Positions 8,895 through 18,740 are shown, counted from the stretch's first letter. The stretch is DNA of 37,755 nucleotides from an uncultured Deinococcales bacterium (GCA_964244895.1 CAXTKV010000025.1:1-37755); one strand, 5' to 3'. The notes: generated from the letters alone by a model not told the origin. Made by a program: numbers and translations.

Positions 8895-9038
8895 ATGGAC
8901 ACCACCGAATCACCCCGATCTGGAAACGCGATCCTGACCATCTCAAGCCTCGGGTTCACCCTACCGTTCGCGGCTATTCCGGCTTCGACCGCGATTCGCG
9001 GCACCGCGCGGACGGCAGCACAGTCGTTTCCGAACTGA
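8895..9038 (+). pseudogene. Possible NarK-type MFS nitrate transporter remnant (47 aa)
   Basis: Strong RBS GGAGGA; ILTISSLGFTLPFA resembles NarK TM1; ORF ends after 47 codons. Confidence 0.35.
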
Positions 9039-9069
9039 TCCAAGATCGCATCGAACTCGCAACGATGCG

Positions 9070-9118
9070 AAAAACGCCGTCGCGGACAGCATCCTTGAAA
9101 GACTGTCCGCGAAGGTGC
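9070..9118. repeat. Palindromic family A copy (degenerate)
   Basis: AAAACGCCGTCGCGGACAG...CTGTCCGCGAAGGTG. Confidence 0.6.
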
Positions 9119-9148
9119 GCTCGGAAGAACACATCCTGGGAGGGACGC

Positions 9149-10399
9149 ATGAAAAAGACGCACACCGCAAGCCCCGAGAAACCGATCTCGAGGCGCAACT
9201 TTTTGAAGACCGCCGCCGTCACGGGTGCAGCTTTCGCGCTGCCGAACATCTGGATTCAGGCCAGGGCCGCGGGCACGATCAAGCTCGGGTTCATCGCGCT
9301 GACGGATTCCGCCAGCCTGATCATGGCCAAGGAATTGGGGCTCTACAAGAAGTACGGCGTGGATGTCGAAGTCGTCAAGCAAGCCTCCTGGGCGGCCCTG
9401 CGCGACGGCGTGCTGAACGGTGACATTCAGGGCGCGCACTGCTTGTTCGGGATGCCCTTCAGCGTCTACACGGGCATCGGGGGTCAGGCGGGCAAGGAAA
9501 TGTACGTCGCCATGATCCTGAGCAACAACGGTCAGGCGATCACGCTCTCCAAGGCCGCGCTGGGCGTCGTCGGGCGCGATTACGCCAAGCTCAAACCCGC
9601 GCTCGAGAAACTCAGCCAGGATGGGAAGGACACGACCTTCGCCATGACCTTCCCCGGCGGCACGCACGACATGTGGTTGCGGTACTTTCTTTCCAACGCG
9701 GGCATCGACGCGAGCGTCACCGGCAAGCAGCGCATCATCACGATTCCGCCGCCGCAGATGGTCGCCAACATGAAGGTCGGCAACATGATCGGTTACAGCG
9801 TCGGTGAGCCCTGGAACGGCGTCGGGGTGGCGCAGGACGTGGGTTACACGACCATCGCCAGCCAGGAAATCTGGAAGCACCACCCGGAAAAAGCCCTGGT
9901 GGTCAACAAGGATTTCGCGGCCCGCAAGGATGAACTCAAAGCCGTGATGAAGGCCGTCCTGGAAGCTGCCGAGTGGATGGACAGCGTCCCCAACGTCCGC
10001 AAGGCCGCCGCCACCATCGGGCAGGCGCAGTACGTCAACGCCGCGCCCGAAATCATCGGCGCCAGGCTGGAGGGGCGCTACGACATGGGCAACGGCCTGG
10101 GCACCAAGCAATTCCTGGAAGACCGGATGCTCTACTACCGGGGCGGCAAGGTGTCCTACCCGCGCATGAGCCACGCGATCTGGTTCATGGCGCAGTACCA
10201 GCGGTTCGGCTACCTGAAGGCCGCGCCCGACTACAAGGCCATCGCCGACAAGCTGATCCTGACGGACGTGTACAAGGAAGTCGCCAAGGAGGTCGGCGCG
10301 CCGATCCCCGACGACGACATGAAGCCCTGGACGATGACGCTGGATAAAGCCAAGTTTGACCCCAACAACCCGGCGGCGTACCTCAAGGACGCGAAGTAA
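9149..10399 (+). CDS. nrtA: Nitrate ABC transporter substrate-binding protein (NrtA/CmpA family), Tat signal
   Basis: SRRNFLK Tat motif, LGFIALTDS, TFPGGTHD, PPPQMVANM, GEPWN, HPEK; ATG after GGAGG. Confidence 0.9.
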   Translation: MKKTHTASPEKPISRRNFLKTAAVTGAAFALPNIWIQARAAGTIKLGFIALTDSASLIMAKELGLYKKYGVDVEVVKQASWAALRDGVLNGDIQGAHCLFGMPFSVYTGIGGQAGKEMYVAMILSNNGQAITLSKAALGVVGRDYAKLKPALEKLSQDGKDTTFAMTFPGGTHDMWLRYFLSNAGIDASVTGKQRIITIPPPQMVANMKVGNMIGYSVGEPWNGVGVAQDVGYTTIASQEIWKHHPEKALVVNKDFAARKDELKAVMKAVLEAAEWMDSVPNVRKAAATIGQAQYVNAAPEIIGARLEGRYDMGNGLGTKQFLEDRMLYYRGGKVSYPRMSHAIWFMAQYQRFGYLKAAPDYKAIADKLILTDVYKEVAKEVGAPIPDDDMKPWTMTLDKAKFDPNNPAAYLKDAK

Positions 10400-10444
10400 A
10401 AACACCGTCCAGGACGGTTCCCCGGATACACCGTCCTGGACGCG
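10398..10444. repeat. Palindromic family A copy
   Basis: AAAACACCGTCCAGGACGGTT...ACACCGTCCTGGACGCG abutting the nrtA stop. Confidence 0.85.
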
Positions 10445-10513
10445 AGAATCACTTTTGGCACACCCTCGAGCCGACAGTTCTGAAGCCCGACTCCCGAGCA
10501 TCCCGGAGGAACC

Positions 10514-11353
10514 ATGAACGCACCAGATACGCTTCAGCGCGCTGCCTCCCTCGAGCGCAAGAAATCTGCGAGCCTGCCCGCCTGGGTGAGCGCTGGCCTG
10601 ACGGCGCTCGCCTACAGCGCAGGGAGCCTGTCGTTGATCGTCGGCGCGTGGTTGATCGTGCGCGCCAACAGCCCGGACTTGCCGACGCCTATTGCAGCCC
10701 TGGGCGTGTTCTGGGAACTGATCAGGTCGCCCTTCCATTACGGCGGGCCGAACGATCAGGGCGTGGGCCTGCTGCTTTTTTCCAGCCTGACGCGCGTGGC
10801 CATGGGCTGGGGGCTAGGCACGCTGGTGGCCGTGCCGTTGGGCATCGCGATGGGTTCCGTCAAACCGATCTACCGACTGATGAACCCGATCGTGCAGGTG
10901 CTGCGCCCGGTCTCGCCGCTGGCCTGGTACCCGATCGCGCTGGTGGTGCTCAAGAGCGCCCCGAACGCGCTGGTCTTCGCGATTTTCATCACCAGCCTGT
11001 GGCCGACCGTGATCAACACGGCCTTCGGCGTCGGGGCCGTACCGAAAGACTTTCAGAACGTGGCTCGCGTCTTCAGTTTTTCCAGCGACCGTTACGTGCG
11101 TCGCGTGCTGATCCCGTTCGCCTTGCCGCACATCGTGACCGGCATGAGGTTGTCCCTCGGCATCGCCTGGATGGTGATCGTGGCCGCAGAGATGCTGTCC
11201 GGCGCGGTCGGCATCGGCTTTTTCGCCTGGGATTCGTACAACGCGCTTTCCTACGAGAAAGTCATCAGCGCCATCGTGCTGATCGGCCTGACCGGATTGC
11301 TGTTCGACCGGGGTTTCGACTGGCTCTCAAAGCGGGTGAGTTACGGTGCTTGA
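10514..11353 (+). CDS. nrtB: Nitrate ABC transporter permease
   Basis: GPNDQG, LRPVSPLAW, WPTVINT, AWMVIVAAEML. Confidence 0.9.
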   Translation: MNAPDTLQRAASLERKKSASLPAWVSAGLTALAYSAGSLSLIVGAWLIVRANSPDLPTPIAALGVFWELIRSPFHYGGPNDQGVGLLLFSSLTRVAMGWGLGTLVAVPLGIAMGSVKPIYRLMNPIVQVLRPVSPLAWYPIALVVLKSAPNALVFAIFITSLWPTVINTAFGVGAVPKDFQNVARVFSFSSDRYVRRVLIPFALPHIVTGMRLSLGIAWMVIVAAEMLSGAVGIGFFAWDSYNALSYEKVISAIVLIGLTGLLFDRGFDWLSKRVSYGA

Positions 11354-12179
11354 AACCCACAAAACGCTCGACCCGCACGCCACGCACGATGCGGGGCTTC
11401 AGATTTCTTACGTCACCAAAACATTTTCCGGCAAGCGCGGCGAGTACGTCGCGCTGGAAAACGTGGACTTACAGATCAACCGTGGCGAGTTCGTGACCCT
11501 GATCGGCCATTCCGGTTGCGGCAAAAGCACGCTTTTGTCGATCCTGGCGGGTCTCGAGCTACCGACCAAAGGGCGCGTCTCGCTCGATGGGCAGACCATC
11601 ACCGCGCCCAGCCCGGAACGCGCGGTCGTGTTCCAGAATTACTCGCTGCTGCCGTGGATGACCGTCTACGAAAACGTTTCGGAAGCCGTCGAGGCCGCCT
11701 GCCCGAACCTCGAGCCGATCATGCAATCCGGGCGCGTCCAGACCTTCTTGCGCGCCGTGGGCTTGTGGGCGCACAAGGACAAGCGCCCGCACGAGATTTC
11801 CGGCGGCATGAAACAGCGCGTCGCCATCGCGCGTGCCTTCGCAATTCACCCGCGCGTGCTGTTGCTGGACGAACCTTTCGGTGCGCTGGATGCACTGACC
11901 CGAGGCAGCCTTCAGGATCAACTCAACGCGCTCTGGCAGGGCGAGGAGAGCGGCATCGAAACGATCGTGATGGTCACCCACGACATCGATGAGGCCATCT
12001 ACCTTTCCGACCGGATCGTGGTCATGACCAACGGCCCGCGCGCTGGCGTGCAGGAAATCATCGAAGTGCCCTTCCGTCGCCCGCGATCCCGCATGGAACT
12101 CGCCAAGAGCGACGAGTACGCCAGACTCCGCGAGCGGCTGGTGTACCTGCTGACCGACGTGCTGGCCGTCAAGGAATAG
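11346..12179 (+). CDS. Nitrate ABC transporter ATP-binding protein (NrtC/NrtD)
   Basis: GHSGCGKST, ISGGMKQR, LLLDEPFGALD, MTNGP. Confidence 0.9.
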   Translation: MLETHKTLDPHATHDAGLQISYVTKTFSGKRGEYVALENVDLQINRGEFVTLIGHSGCGKSTLLSILAGLELPTKGRVSLDGQTITAPSPERAVVFQNYSLLPWMTVYENVSEAVEAACPNLEPIMQSGRVQTFLRAVGLWAHKDKRPHEISGGMKQRVAIARAFAIHPRVLLLDEPFGALDALTRGSLQDQLNALWQGEESGIETIVMVTHDIDEAIYLSDRIVVMTNGPRAGVQEIIEVPFRRPRSRMELAKSDEYARLRERLVYLLTDVLAVKE

Positions 12180-12214
12180 GGCGGCCAGAGCCTCGAGATG
12201 GAAGGCGCGCGAGA

Positions 12215-12274
12215 CCCATCCGTCATCAGCCCGCCCTTGGCTGATGACACCTCCCCTCCCTGCCGTCAGGGAGG
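12215..12274. repeat. Double-hairpin element after the nrt operon
   Basis: GTCATCAGCC-N7-GGCTGATGAC then CCTCCCTG-N4-CAGGGAGG, both perfect stems. Confidence 0.6.
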
Positions 12275-12314
12275 ACAAAATCGAGATCAGGTATGTTGCT
12301 CTTGTGTCCTGAAT

Positions 12315-12457
12315 AGACCTCTTGCGCACGTCAGTCTCGAGCACGTCTTCACGCGAGGGCAACCATAAAGGTTGCCCCTACAGGATAGGTTTTGTAGGGG
12401 TACGTCTATGACCTACCCTTCCCTCGGGACGTGTTCGATCACATTCGCAGCAGGTCT
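12315..12457. mobile_element. MITE-like element, copy 1, carrying a GTAG-REP doublet
   Basis: Imperfect TIRs AGACCTCTTGCG / CGCAGCAGGTCT; internal GGGCAACC-ATAAA-GGTTGCCC-CTAC; near-identical copy at 37389-37514. Confidence 0.65.
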
Positions 12458-12490
12458 GGTGTTGCGTCGCACGTGCTTTTCAGGTCGCTC

Positions 12491-12550
12491 GAGAACACCG
12501 TTCTGGACAGTGTTCCTGAAGACGCAAAAAGACCGTCTGGGAAGGTGTTC
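12491..12550. repeat. Palindromic family A copy
   Basis: GAGAACACCGTTCTGGACAGTGTTC...GACCGTCTGGGAAGGTGTTC. Confidence 0.8.
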
Positions 12551-12563
12551 CTGAAACGTGAAA

Positions 12564-13118
12564 TCAGACGAGCAGCGTCTCGAGCGCGGATTGCTGCGCC
12601 TGGAACGCAGCGTTCTCGAGGACGGGTTGTAGGCCGTCGGGCGCAATCTCGCGCTCGAGGGGAACCCAGGACGCGCACCCGGCGTAAGCGGGAGTTTCCT
12701 CGAGCCACACCGCGTTCGGGACGGTGTGGACGCGCAGCAACAGGGCGTGAACCCAGGGTTGATCTCGGTACCGGAAACGCCGTTCGAGCGCGCCAGCCGT
12801 CAGGCACTGGTGCGGTTCGAGGGATCGGACGAATTCCAGATTCGTCAGCTTCCAGACGCGTTCGACCTGCGCGAAGGCGCGAAGTTCCAGCGCGCCCGGT
12901 CGGGGATTCTCGCGCAGCAGGTCTGAATACTCGGGGCGCAACTCGCCGGGGTTCTGGTGCAGGAAGGTCGGGTACAGCCAGAATTGCGCGCGCTCGACCT
13001 CGAAATCACCGTTTTTTTCAATAATGCCGCCCTTGCGCACGATCAAACTGGTGCGCCCCGACATCAGGGCGCGCACCTGAGCGTCCCATTCCTTGAGCGC
13101 CGTGCGGGTCGGGCTCAT
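12564..13118 (-). CDS. DUF1802 family protein
   Basis: ALKEW, RKGGI.E, F.LYPT..HQ, GC.SWV motifs. Confidence 0.85.
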   Translation of the reverse strand: MSPTRTALKEWDAQVRALMSGRTSLIVRKGGIIEKNGDFEVERAQFWLYPTFLHQNPGELRPEYSDLLRENPRPGALELRAFAQVERVWKLTNLEFVRSLEPHQCLTAGALERRFRYRDQPWVHALLLRVHTVPNAVWLEETPAYAGCASWVPLEREIAPDGLQPVLENAAFQAQQSALETLLV

Positions 13119-13124
13119 ACGGGT

Positions 13125-14198
13125 TTAGGGCAGCCTGATGGTGGCTGGGCTGGGTACGGTGCCGAGCTGACGCGTGGTCGTGCCGATGGTGGCGCTAACC
13201 AGGTCTGGCCTTCCGGCGCGCACGCGCACGGGTGGCGTGAAGCTCAGGCGCGTGTCCGATGCCGGGATGCCTTCGTAGACGACGCTGCCGTTCGCATCGG
13301 TGACTCGAATCCAGCTCGAGCCCTTGAAGCTCAGCGTGATCGCGTTGGGTGCGGACGCCTGGGCGCCCGGTTGTGTTCCGGGCGTTTGGGGCGTTGGTTT
13401 CGGCGCGGGCCGCAGGGCGAAGCTCAGGTTCGAGGCGGCGTTCAGATCAATTGTGCGCGCTTCCGTCTGGTATCCGGGCAGCTCGAGCTTCAATTCGCGT
13501 CCGGGCCCGACCGAAACGGGTGCGGCCTGAAGCGGTGTGACGCCGACCCGGATGCCGTCCAGGAAGACGGTCGCGCCACCGGGCAAGCTCGAGACGGAAA
13601 GCGGCACGCTGCGGGGCTCAGCGGGTGGGGTGACAGGGACGGGCGGGGCGGCGACCGCCGGTGGAGTAGCGATGGTCGCGGGCGCGTTGACGGCTGACGG
13701 TTGACCGCGCAGAACGCTGGTCACCAGGTACGCGATGGCCACCAGTGCGACCGCGATCACCGCAGCGATCCCGACCCACGGTGGCGCAGCCCGAGGCAGT
13801 TCGCGCACGGGCGGCAATTCGGTTTTGACGGCGGCGCGAGCGTAGGCCTCGAGGATCGGTTGGGGTTCCAGACCCACGGCCTGCGCGTAATTGCGCAGGT
13901 ACGCGGTGGTGTACACGGGTTCCGGTAGCGCATCGAAATCGCCGCGCTCGAGCGCATCCAGGATCGCGGTTCGAAGCCGCAACTTGGAGCCGAGCTCCTC
14001 GAGACTCAAGCCCTTTTCTTCGCGCGCCTCTCGCAGACGCGCACCGATGCTGGAACGATCCATCGCCTGGCTGCGCCCGATCTGCGGTGCGCCATCCGAG
14101 GATGGGTTCAATCGCGCATCGCCCGTTTTGGCGGTTCGCAATGGTTCGCTTGCCCGGTTGTTTCGTGAATCGTCCACCCTGGCATCCTCGAAATCCAT
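13125..14198 (-). CDS. RodZ-like HTH membrane protein with PEGA and DUF4115-like domains
   Basis: GARLREARE...LEELGSKLRLR...ALERGDFDALPEPVY HTH; one TM helix; SLPGGATVFLDG..VGVTP PEGA; SWIRVTD; start 14198 or 14063. Confidence 0.75.
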   Translation of the reverse strand: MDFEDARVDDSRNNRASEPLRTAKTGDARLNPSSDGAPQIGRSQAMDRSSIGARLREAREEKGLSLEELGSKLRLRTAILDALERGDFDALPEPVYTTAYLRNYAQAVGLEPQPILEAYARAAVKTELPPVRELPRAAPPWVGIAAVIAVALVAIAYLVTSVLRGQPSAVNAPATIATPPAVAAPPVPVTPPAEPRSVPLSVSSLPGGATVFLDGIRVGVTPLQAAPVSVGPGRELKLELPGYQTEARTIDLNAASNLSFALRPAPKPTPQTPGTQPGAQASAPNAITLSFKGSSWIRVTDANGSVVYEGIPASDTRLSFTPPVRVRAGRPDLVSATIGTTTRQLGTVPSPATIRLP

Positions 14199-14287
14199 CG
14201 TGCAGTGTCTTCTCAGTGAAGCTTACCTCAGTCAGAAGATGAGAAGTGAAACCCCATCGGCTGGGCCGGGCGGTGACGAACCCAGGC

Positions 14288-15181
14288 TCAGATCCCGGCC
14301 AGTGCGACCGCGATCTCGCCACCCAGCCGGGCGTTGGCGCGCAACAACACGCCGTTGACGCGATCCGTCTCGCCGTTGGAGAGCGCGCTGATGCGGCGCA
14401 GCAGGAACGGCGTCAGGAACTTGCCGTGCACACCCTCGCGGCGGGCTTCGTGGTTGGCGGCCTCGACCCAGGTTTGCACTTGATTGAAGGGCAGGCCATC
14501 CTTGATGGGGTTCATGACCATCAACGCCTGGTGGAGTTGCAAGGCGCGCGCCGCCCTGAACGCGGCGGCGATCTCGTGGGGCGTGTCCAACCTGGAAGGC
14601 ACGCTGTACGGGCTTTCGGCGCTGTGGAAGGCCGGAAAGACATCCGTGCCGTAACCCACCACGGGCACGCCCAGCGTTTCCAGCCGCTCGAGGGTCGCGG
14701 GCAAGTTCAGGATGCTTTTCGCGCCCGCGCACACGACCGTGATGCTGGTGCGGGCCAGCGCGGGCAGGTCGGCGCTCTCGTCGAAATCGTCGAAATGCAC
14801 GCCACCGATGCCGCCCGTGGCGAACACCTCGATGCCGACCAGCTTCGCCAGGTGCGCGGTCGCCGCCACGGTCGTGCCGCCGGACGCGCCCTTGGCGATC
14901 AGGGCGGGCAGGTTCCAGAGCGATACTTTCTCGATATTGCCGCGCGCCAGACGTTCGATCTGATCGTGCACCAGCCCCAGGTGAATCTTGCCGTCCAGCA
15001 CCGCGACCGTCGCCGGGATCGCGCCGGATGCGCGCACCTCGGATTCCAACGCCAAGCCCGTCTCGAGGTTGTACGGGTACGGCAAACCGTGGCTGATGAC
15101 AGTGCTCTCGAGCGCCACGACGGGCTTTTTTTGCTCGAGCGCATCGCGGATTTCACTGGTGAATTCGAGGTGAGGGTTCAT
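14288..15181 (-). CDS. psuG: Pseudouridine-5'-phosphate glycosidase
   Basis: VVALESTVISHGLPYP, GTTVAAT, ATGGIGGVH, DESADL, GAKSIL, TPFLL. Confidence 0.93.
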   Translation of the reverse strand: MNPHLEFTSEIRDALEQKKPVVALESTVISHGLPYPYNLETGLALESEVRASGAIPATVAVLDGKIHLGLVHDQIERLARGNIEKVSLWNLPALIAKGASGGTTVAATAHLAKLVGIEVFATGGIGGVHFDDFDESADLPALARTSITVVCAGAKSILNLPATLERLETLGVPVVGYGTDVFPAFHSAESPYSVPSRLDTPHEIAAAFRAARALQLHQALMVMNPIKDGLPFNQVQTWVEAANHEARREGVHGKFLTPFLLRRISALSNGETDRVNGVLLRANARLGGEIAVALAGI

Positions 15182-15297
15182 GACGGACTCCGATCTGGTC
15201 GTGCAGGACGGTATTTTTGAGCCTTGGAGCCAGTGCTTCTGTACGCGCATTGTCGCCCCGGTGTCCGCCAAAAGGCAAGTCTCGAGATCGCCAAAGA

Positions 15298-15357
15298 AAA
15301 AACACCGTCCCGAACGCTGTTTCTCGAGTGCCCAAATTCGCGTGCAGGACGGTGCTC
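15298..15357. repeat. Palindromic family A copy (half-site also at 15198-15216)
   Basis: AAAAACACCGTCCCGAACGC...CGTGCAGGACGGTGCTC. Confidence 0.8.
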
Positions 15358-15459
15358 TTGCCGTTGCCTTCTGGCTCGGCGGGGCTGCGCGCTGTCGGTG
15401 GCCCGAGCATCAGCTTTCTCGATGTGACAGACGAAGGGTCGGGGTTCGGCTCGTCCTTT

Positions 15460-15483
15460 GGGCGCGATAAATCGAGCCCCTAC
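15460..15483 (-). repeat. GTAG-type REP
   Basis: Minus strand GTAG-GGGCTCGAT-TT-ATCGCGCCC. Confidence 0.7.
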
Positions 15484-15523
15484 GGAAATCGTGACCAACA
15501 AACTTCTGACTCCCGACCGTCCC

Positions 15524-16438
15524 TCACGGGTACGGCTTGCCGACCGCCTTCGGAGCGCGAGCGCGACCGATGAACCCGGCCAGCACCAGGATCGTGATCA
15601 CGTAAGGCAGCATCTCGACGATCGGGGAGGGCAGAATTTCAGCCCCGCCCAGACGAATCGCGATCGCTCTGGACGCGCCGAACAGCGCGCAAGCCGCTAG
15701 CACGCGCCACGGTTCCCACTTGCCGAAAATCAAGGCCGCCAGCGCGATGAAACCCTGGTTGGCGCTCAGGTTGCGCGTGAAGGCGTTCAGGTTGCCGATG
15801 GACAAGAACGCGCCCGCCAGCGCGCCCAGGACGCCGGACAGGATCACCGCCGCGTAACGCGTGCGGTAGACGTTGACACCGACGCTGGCTGCGGCAGCCG
15901 GAGCCTCGCCGACGCTTCGTAGGCGCAAACCGAACGGCGTGCGGTACACGACGTAAGCCACCACGGGCACCAGCAGGAACGCCAGGTACGTCAACGGCGA
16001 AAACGAGAAGCCTTCCGGCCCCCACAACGGCAAGCGGTTCTGGACGGGCTGGGAATCGGTGGTGTTGTTGTAAAGGAACAACAGCACCACGCTCGGCACG
16101 CCGGAGGCGAGCAAATTGATGGCCGTGCCGGAAATCACCTGGTCGGCGCGGTACTTGATCGAAACGAAGGCGTGAATCCAGCCGACGAACGCGCCGACCA
16201 GCATCGCGGCCAGGGTCGCCAGCCACGGAACCCACGGCAAGTCCGCGTTCGGCGTGGCCGCCAGGATCGGCGCTTCGATCTGCTGGGCGACCACGGCGGC
16301 GGTCAGCGCGCCGAAAATCATGATGCCTTCCAGCGCGACGTTGACGATGCCGGAGCGTTCGCTGAACAACCCGCCGAGGGCCGCCAGCAGCAGGGGCGTC
16401 GTGAATCGGATGGCGGAGGCGATCAGAACCAGATCCAT
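15524..16438 (-). CDS. Nucleoside/simple sugar ABC transporter permease (NupC-like)
   Basis: LLLAALGGLFSERSGIVNVALEG, FGLRLRSVGE.P.AA, GFIALAALIFGKW, APKAVGKPY; ATG after GGAGG. Confidence 0.9.
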   Translation of the reverse strand: MDLVLIASAIRFTTPLLLAALGGLFSERSGIVNVALEGIMIFGALTAAVVAQQIEAPILAATPNADLPWVPWLATLAAMLVGAFVGWIHAFVSIKYRADQVISGTAINLLASGVPSVVLLFLYNNTTDSQPVQNRLPLWGPEGFSFSPLTYLAFLLVPVVAYVVYRTPFGLRLRSVGEAPAAAASVGVNVYRTRYAAVILSGVLGALAGAFLSIGNLNAFTRNLSANQGFIALAALIFGKWEPWRVLAACALFGASRAIAIRLGGAEILPSPIVEMLPYVITILVLAGFIGRARAPKAVGKPYP

Positions 16439-16484
16439 TTTCGTCCTCCCAGACGGTGATTGCGGATGGTGTTCGTTCGGGTAC

Positions 16485-16538
16485 GCCGCGCTGGACGGTG
16501 TTTTTGCATCTCGAGAAACAGCGTCCAGCACGGTCTTC
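16485..16538. repeat. Palindromic family A copy
   Basis: GCCGCGCTGGACGGTGTTTT...GAAACAGCGTCCAGCACGGTCTTC. Confidence 0.75.
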
Positions 16539-18478
16539 TAATCGGATGCGCTCGAGGGCTTCGGCTCGATCACCTCGGGCGGGCCGGAGGCTTGCGCGTC
16601 CGGCGGTGGGGATGGTTTCGGTTCGGGTTCCGGGTTGATGGTGCGAAAAAAATCGTTTGACAAGAACGCCCGCGCCGCGATGAACAAGACCATCAGGGCT
16701 TGCAAAACCGTCACGACCTCGCGCGAGATTTTATTGAGGGATTGCGAGAGCTGCAAACCGCCGACGTTCAGCACGCCGAACAGAATGCTGGCCCCGACCA
16801 CGCCGTTGGGCGTGTTGTTGCCCAAGAGCGCCACCGTGATGCCACCGAAGCCCGCGGAGTCCGCGGGGATGACTTGCTTGAGCCGGTACTCTTCCAGGGC
16901 ACCGCCCAGCACGTAGTGCGTGGCGGCCAAGCCAGCCAGCGCCCCAGAGATGGCCATCGCCAGGATCGTGTTGCGCGCGATGTTGACGCCACCGTACTCG
17001 GCGGCCTTGGGCGACAACCCGACCGCGCGCAACTCGTAGCCCAGCGTCGTGCGCCACAGGATCACACCGACCAGCCAGGCCGCGATCAGCGCGACGATAA
17101 AAGACATGTTCAAGCGCGTGCTCATCAGCGCGCTCGAGATCGGCACGCTGACGCGCGAGAAAAACGCCAAGCCCAGCACCAGCCCGACCGCGCCCAAACC
17201 CAGCGCCGGGACGAGGCGTTTGCGCAAGTTCCCGCGCCAGAACGCCAGCCCCGCCAGCACGCCCAAGAGCGCCAGCCACGGCGCAAAATTGATGATGTTC
17301 ACTCCCGTCTGCAAACCCAGCACCGTCACGATCCGCTCCAAATGCGAGCCCGGCAGGAGTTCCAGGCTCTTGGATTCTCCGCCCGGAGCCTTGAACGGCA
17401 AGCGCAATTCCCTGCCGAAAAACTTCGAGGAATCCGAGAGCAAAAAAATCAAGATGCTCGAGGCGACCACGTTGAGCATGATCGTGTTGATCACTTCACT
17501 GGCGCCGAAACGCGCCTTGAGCCAGCCCGGTATCGCGCCCCAGAACCCCCCGCCGACCGCCGCCGCGACGATCGCCAACGGCGCGATGACGATCGCTGGG
17601 CCGGGTACGTAGACGCCGACCAGCATGGCGAAAATCCCGCCGAACAGCACCTGTCCGGGCGCACCGATGTTGAACAAACCCGTGCGGAAGCCAAACGAGA
17701 GCGCCAGCCCGGTGAAGATCAGCGGCGTGGATTGCGCCAAGCTTAAAAGCGGCAAGGCAAAATCAAGTGCGGGCCGGAAGCGCGGTAGCACCGGCCCGAA
17801 CAGCGTCGAGTACGCGAACCACAGCAAATCCACGCCGCCGAACCACCGCCCAGCCAGACCCGGAACCTTGTCACCGCCCGGAACGGGTTGCAACAGCAGG
17901 ATCACCACGCCACCGACCGCGACCGCCAGCAGGAGCGCGATCACCGGAACCAGCGCCGTGCGGTAGCCCTGGAAGGCCCTGGCGCGCACCGGGTTCTGCG
18001 CCAGCCCCGCGAGCACGCCCGCCACGCCCGCGATCCAGACCAGCAAGGGCCACAGGCTCGGGCCGAATTTCTGAAATGGCAAACGCCGGTAGGCCGTGCC
18101 CGCGTCGATCAATGGGAACTGCACGATATCGACCGCGCGCACGAAGGCTCCGACCGTCAACGCGCTCAGCGCGATCACCACGATGCCCGCCACCATCATC
18201 CATCTCGACCTGATCCATGCCAGCCCCACCAGCGCCGCCAGCGCCGCGATGGTCAACCAACCGAAGATGGTCACCCACGTAAAATCCGGCAATTCTTTGG
18301 GCAAGAACCCCGTGAAGTCCAGCACCCGTCCCGGATGCACCAGGATCGCGCCCTCGCCGCTGAAGGATCTGGATAAGGTCGCGGTCGGCACGAGGAACGC
18401 ACCGACCAGAGCGATCAGCGCCAGGATCACCGCGATCCGCGAGAACGAGTCTGGTCTGGACGGCCTGGGTGCGGTCAT
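16538..18478 (-). CDS. Nucleoside ABC transporter permease (NupB-like) with extra N-terminal TM region
   Basis: TPLIFTGL, GLFNIGAPGQ, EVINTIMLN, GYELRAVG, GFGGITVALLG; leaderless ATG 7 nt after TAGAAT. Confidence 0.85.
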   Translation of the reverse strand: MTAPRPSRPDSFSRIAVILALIALVGAFLVPTATLSRSFSGEGAILVHPGRVLDFTGFLPKELPDFTWVTIFGWLTIAALAALVGLAWIRSRWMMVAGIVVIALSALTVGAFVRAVDIVQFPLIDAGTAYRRLPFQKFGPSLWPLLVWIAGVAGVLAGLAQNPVRARAFQGYRTALVPVIALLLAVAVGGVVILLLQPVPGGDKVPGLAGRWFGGVDLLWFAYSTLFGPVLPRFRPALDFALPLLSLAQSTPLIFTGLALSFGFRTGLFNIGAPGQVLFGGIFAMLVGVYVPGPAIVIAPLAIVAAAVGGGFWGAIPGWLKARFGASEVINTIMLNVVASSILIFLLSDSSKFFGRELRLPFKAPGGESKSLELLPGSHLERIVTVLGLQTGVNIINFAPWLALLGVLAGLAFWRGNLRKRLVPALGLGAVGLVLGLAFFSRVSVPISSALMSTRLNMSFIVALIAAWLVGVILWRTTLGYELRAVGLSPKAAEYGGVNIARNTILAMAISGALAGLAATHYVLGGALEEYRLKQVIPADSAGFGGITVALLGNNTPNGVVGASILFGVLNVGGLQLSQSLNKISREVVTVLQALMVLFIAARAFLSNDFFRTINPEPEPKPSPPPDAQASGPPEVIEPKPSSASD

Positions 18479-18611
18479 GCGCGGCATTCTAACGCCCAAG
18501 CTGGGCCTAAATCGCAAGCCTGACGGAACGCTGTACGCGCGGTTGCAACCTCGAGATCGAGTTGTGAAAGACGGGCTTCTCGAGGTGCGCTCCTCGAGAC
18601 TGACGCGAGAG

Positions 18612-18660
18612 GACACCGTCCAGGACGTGAATAATTGAATGCGTCCCGGACGGTGTTCTC
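18612..18660. repeat. Palindromic family A copy
   Basis: GACACCGTCCAGGACG...CGTCCCGGACGGTGTTCTC. Confidence 0.85.
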
Positions 18661-18740
18661 GAATGGGAACTTCTCGGGTTTCGGTTGGGTTCGAGTCTCG
18701 TAGGGCAGCCTTCCCGGTTGACCTCGCGCCCGAGGCGTAC

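Noticed and set aside
17960..18478. Novel fusion in the long nucleoside permease
   Set aside because: I recall similarly long permeases in Deinococcota, so novelty cannot be supported without a search.
18683..18712. tRNA-like GGTTCGAGTC motif
   Set aside because: T-stem pairs poorly; no D or anticodon arms and no CCA end.
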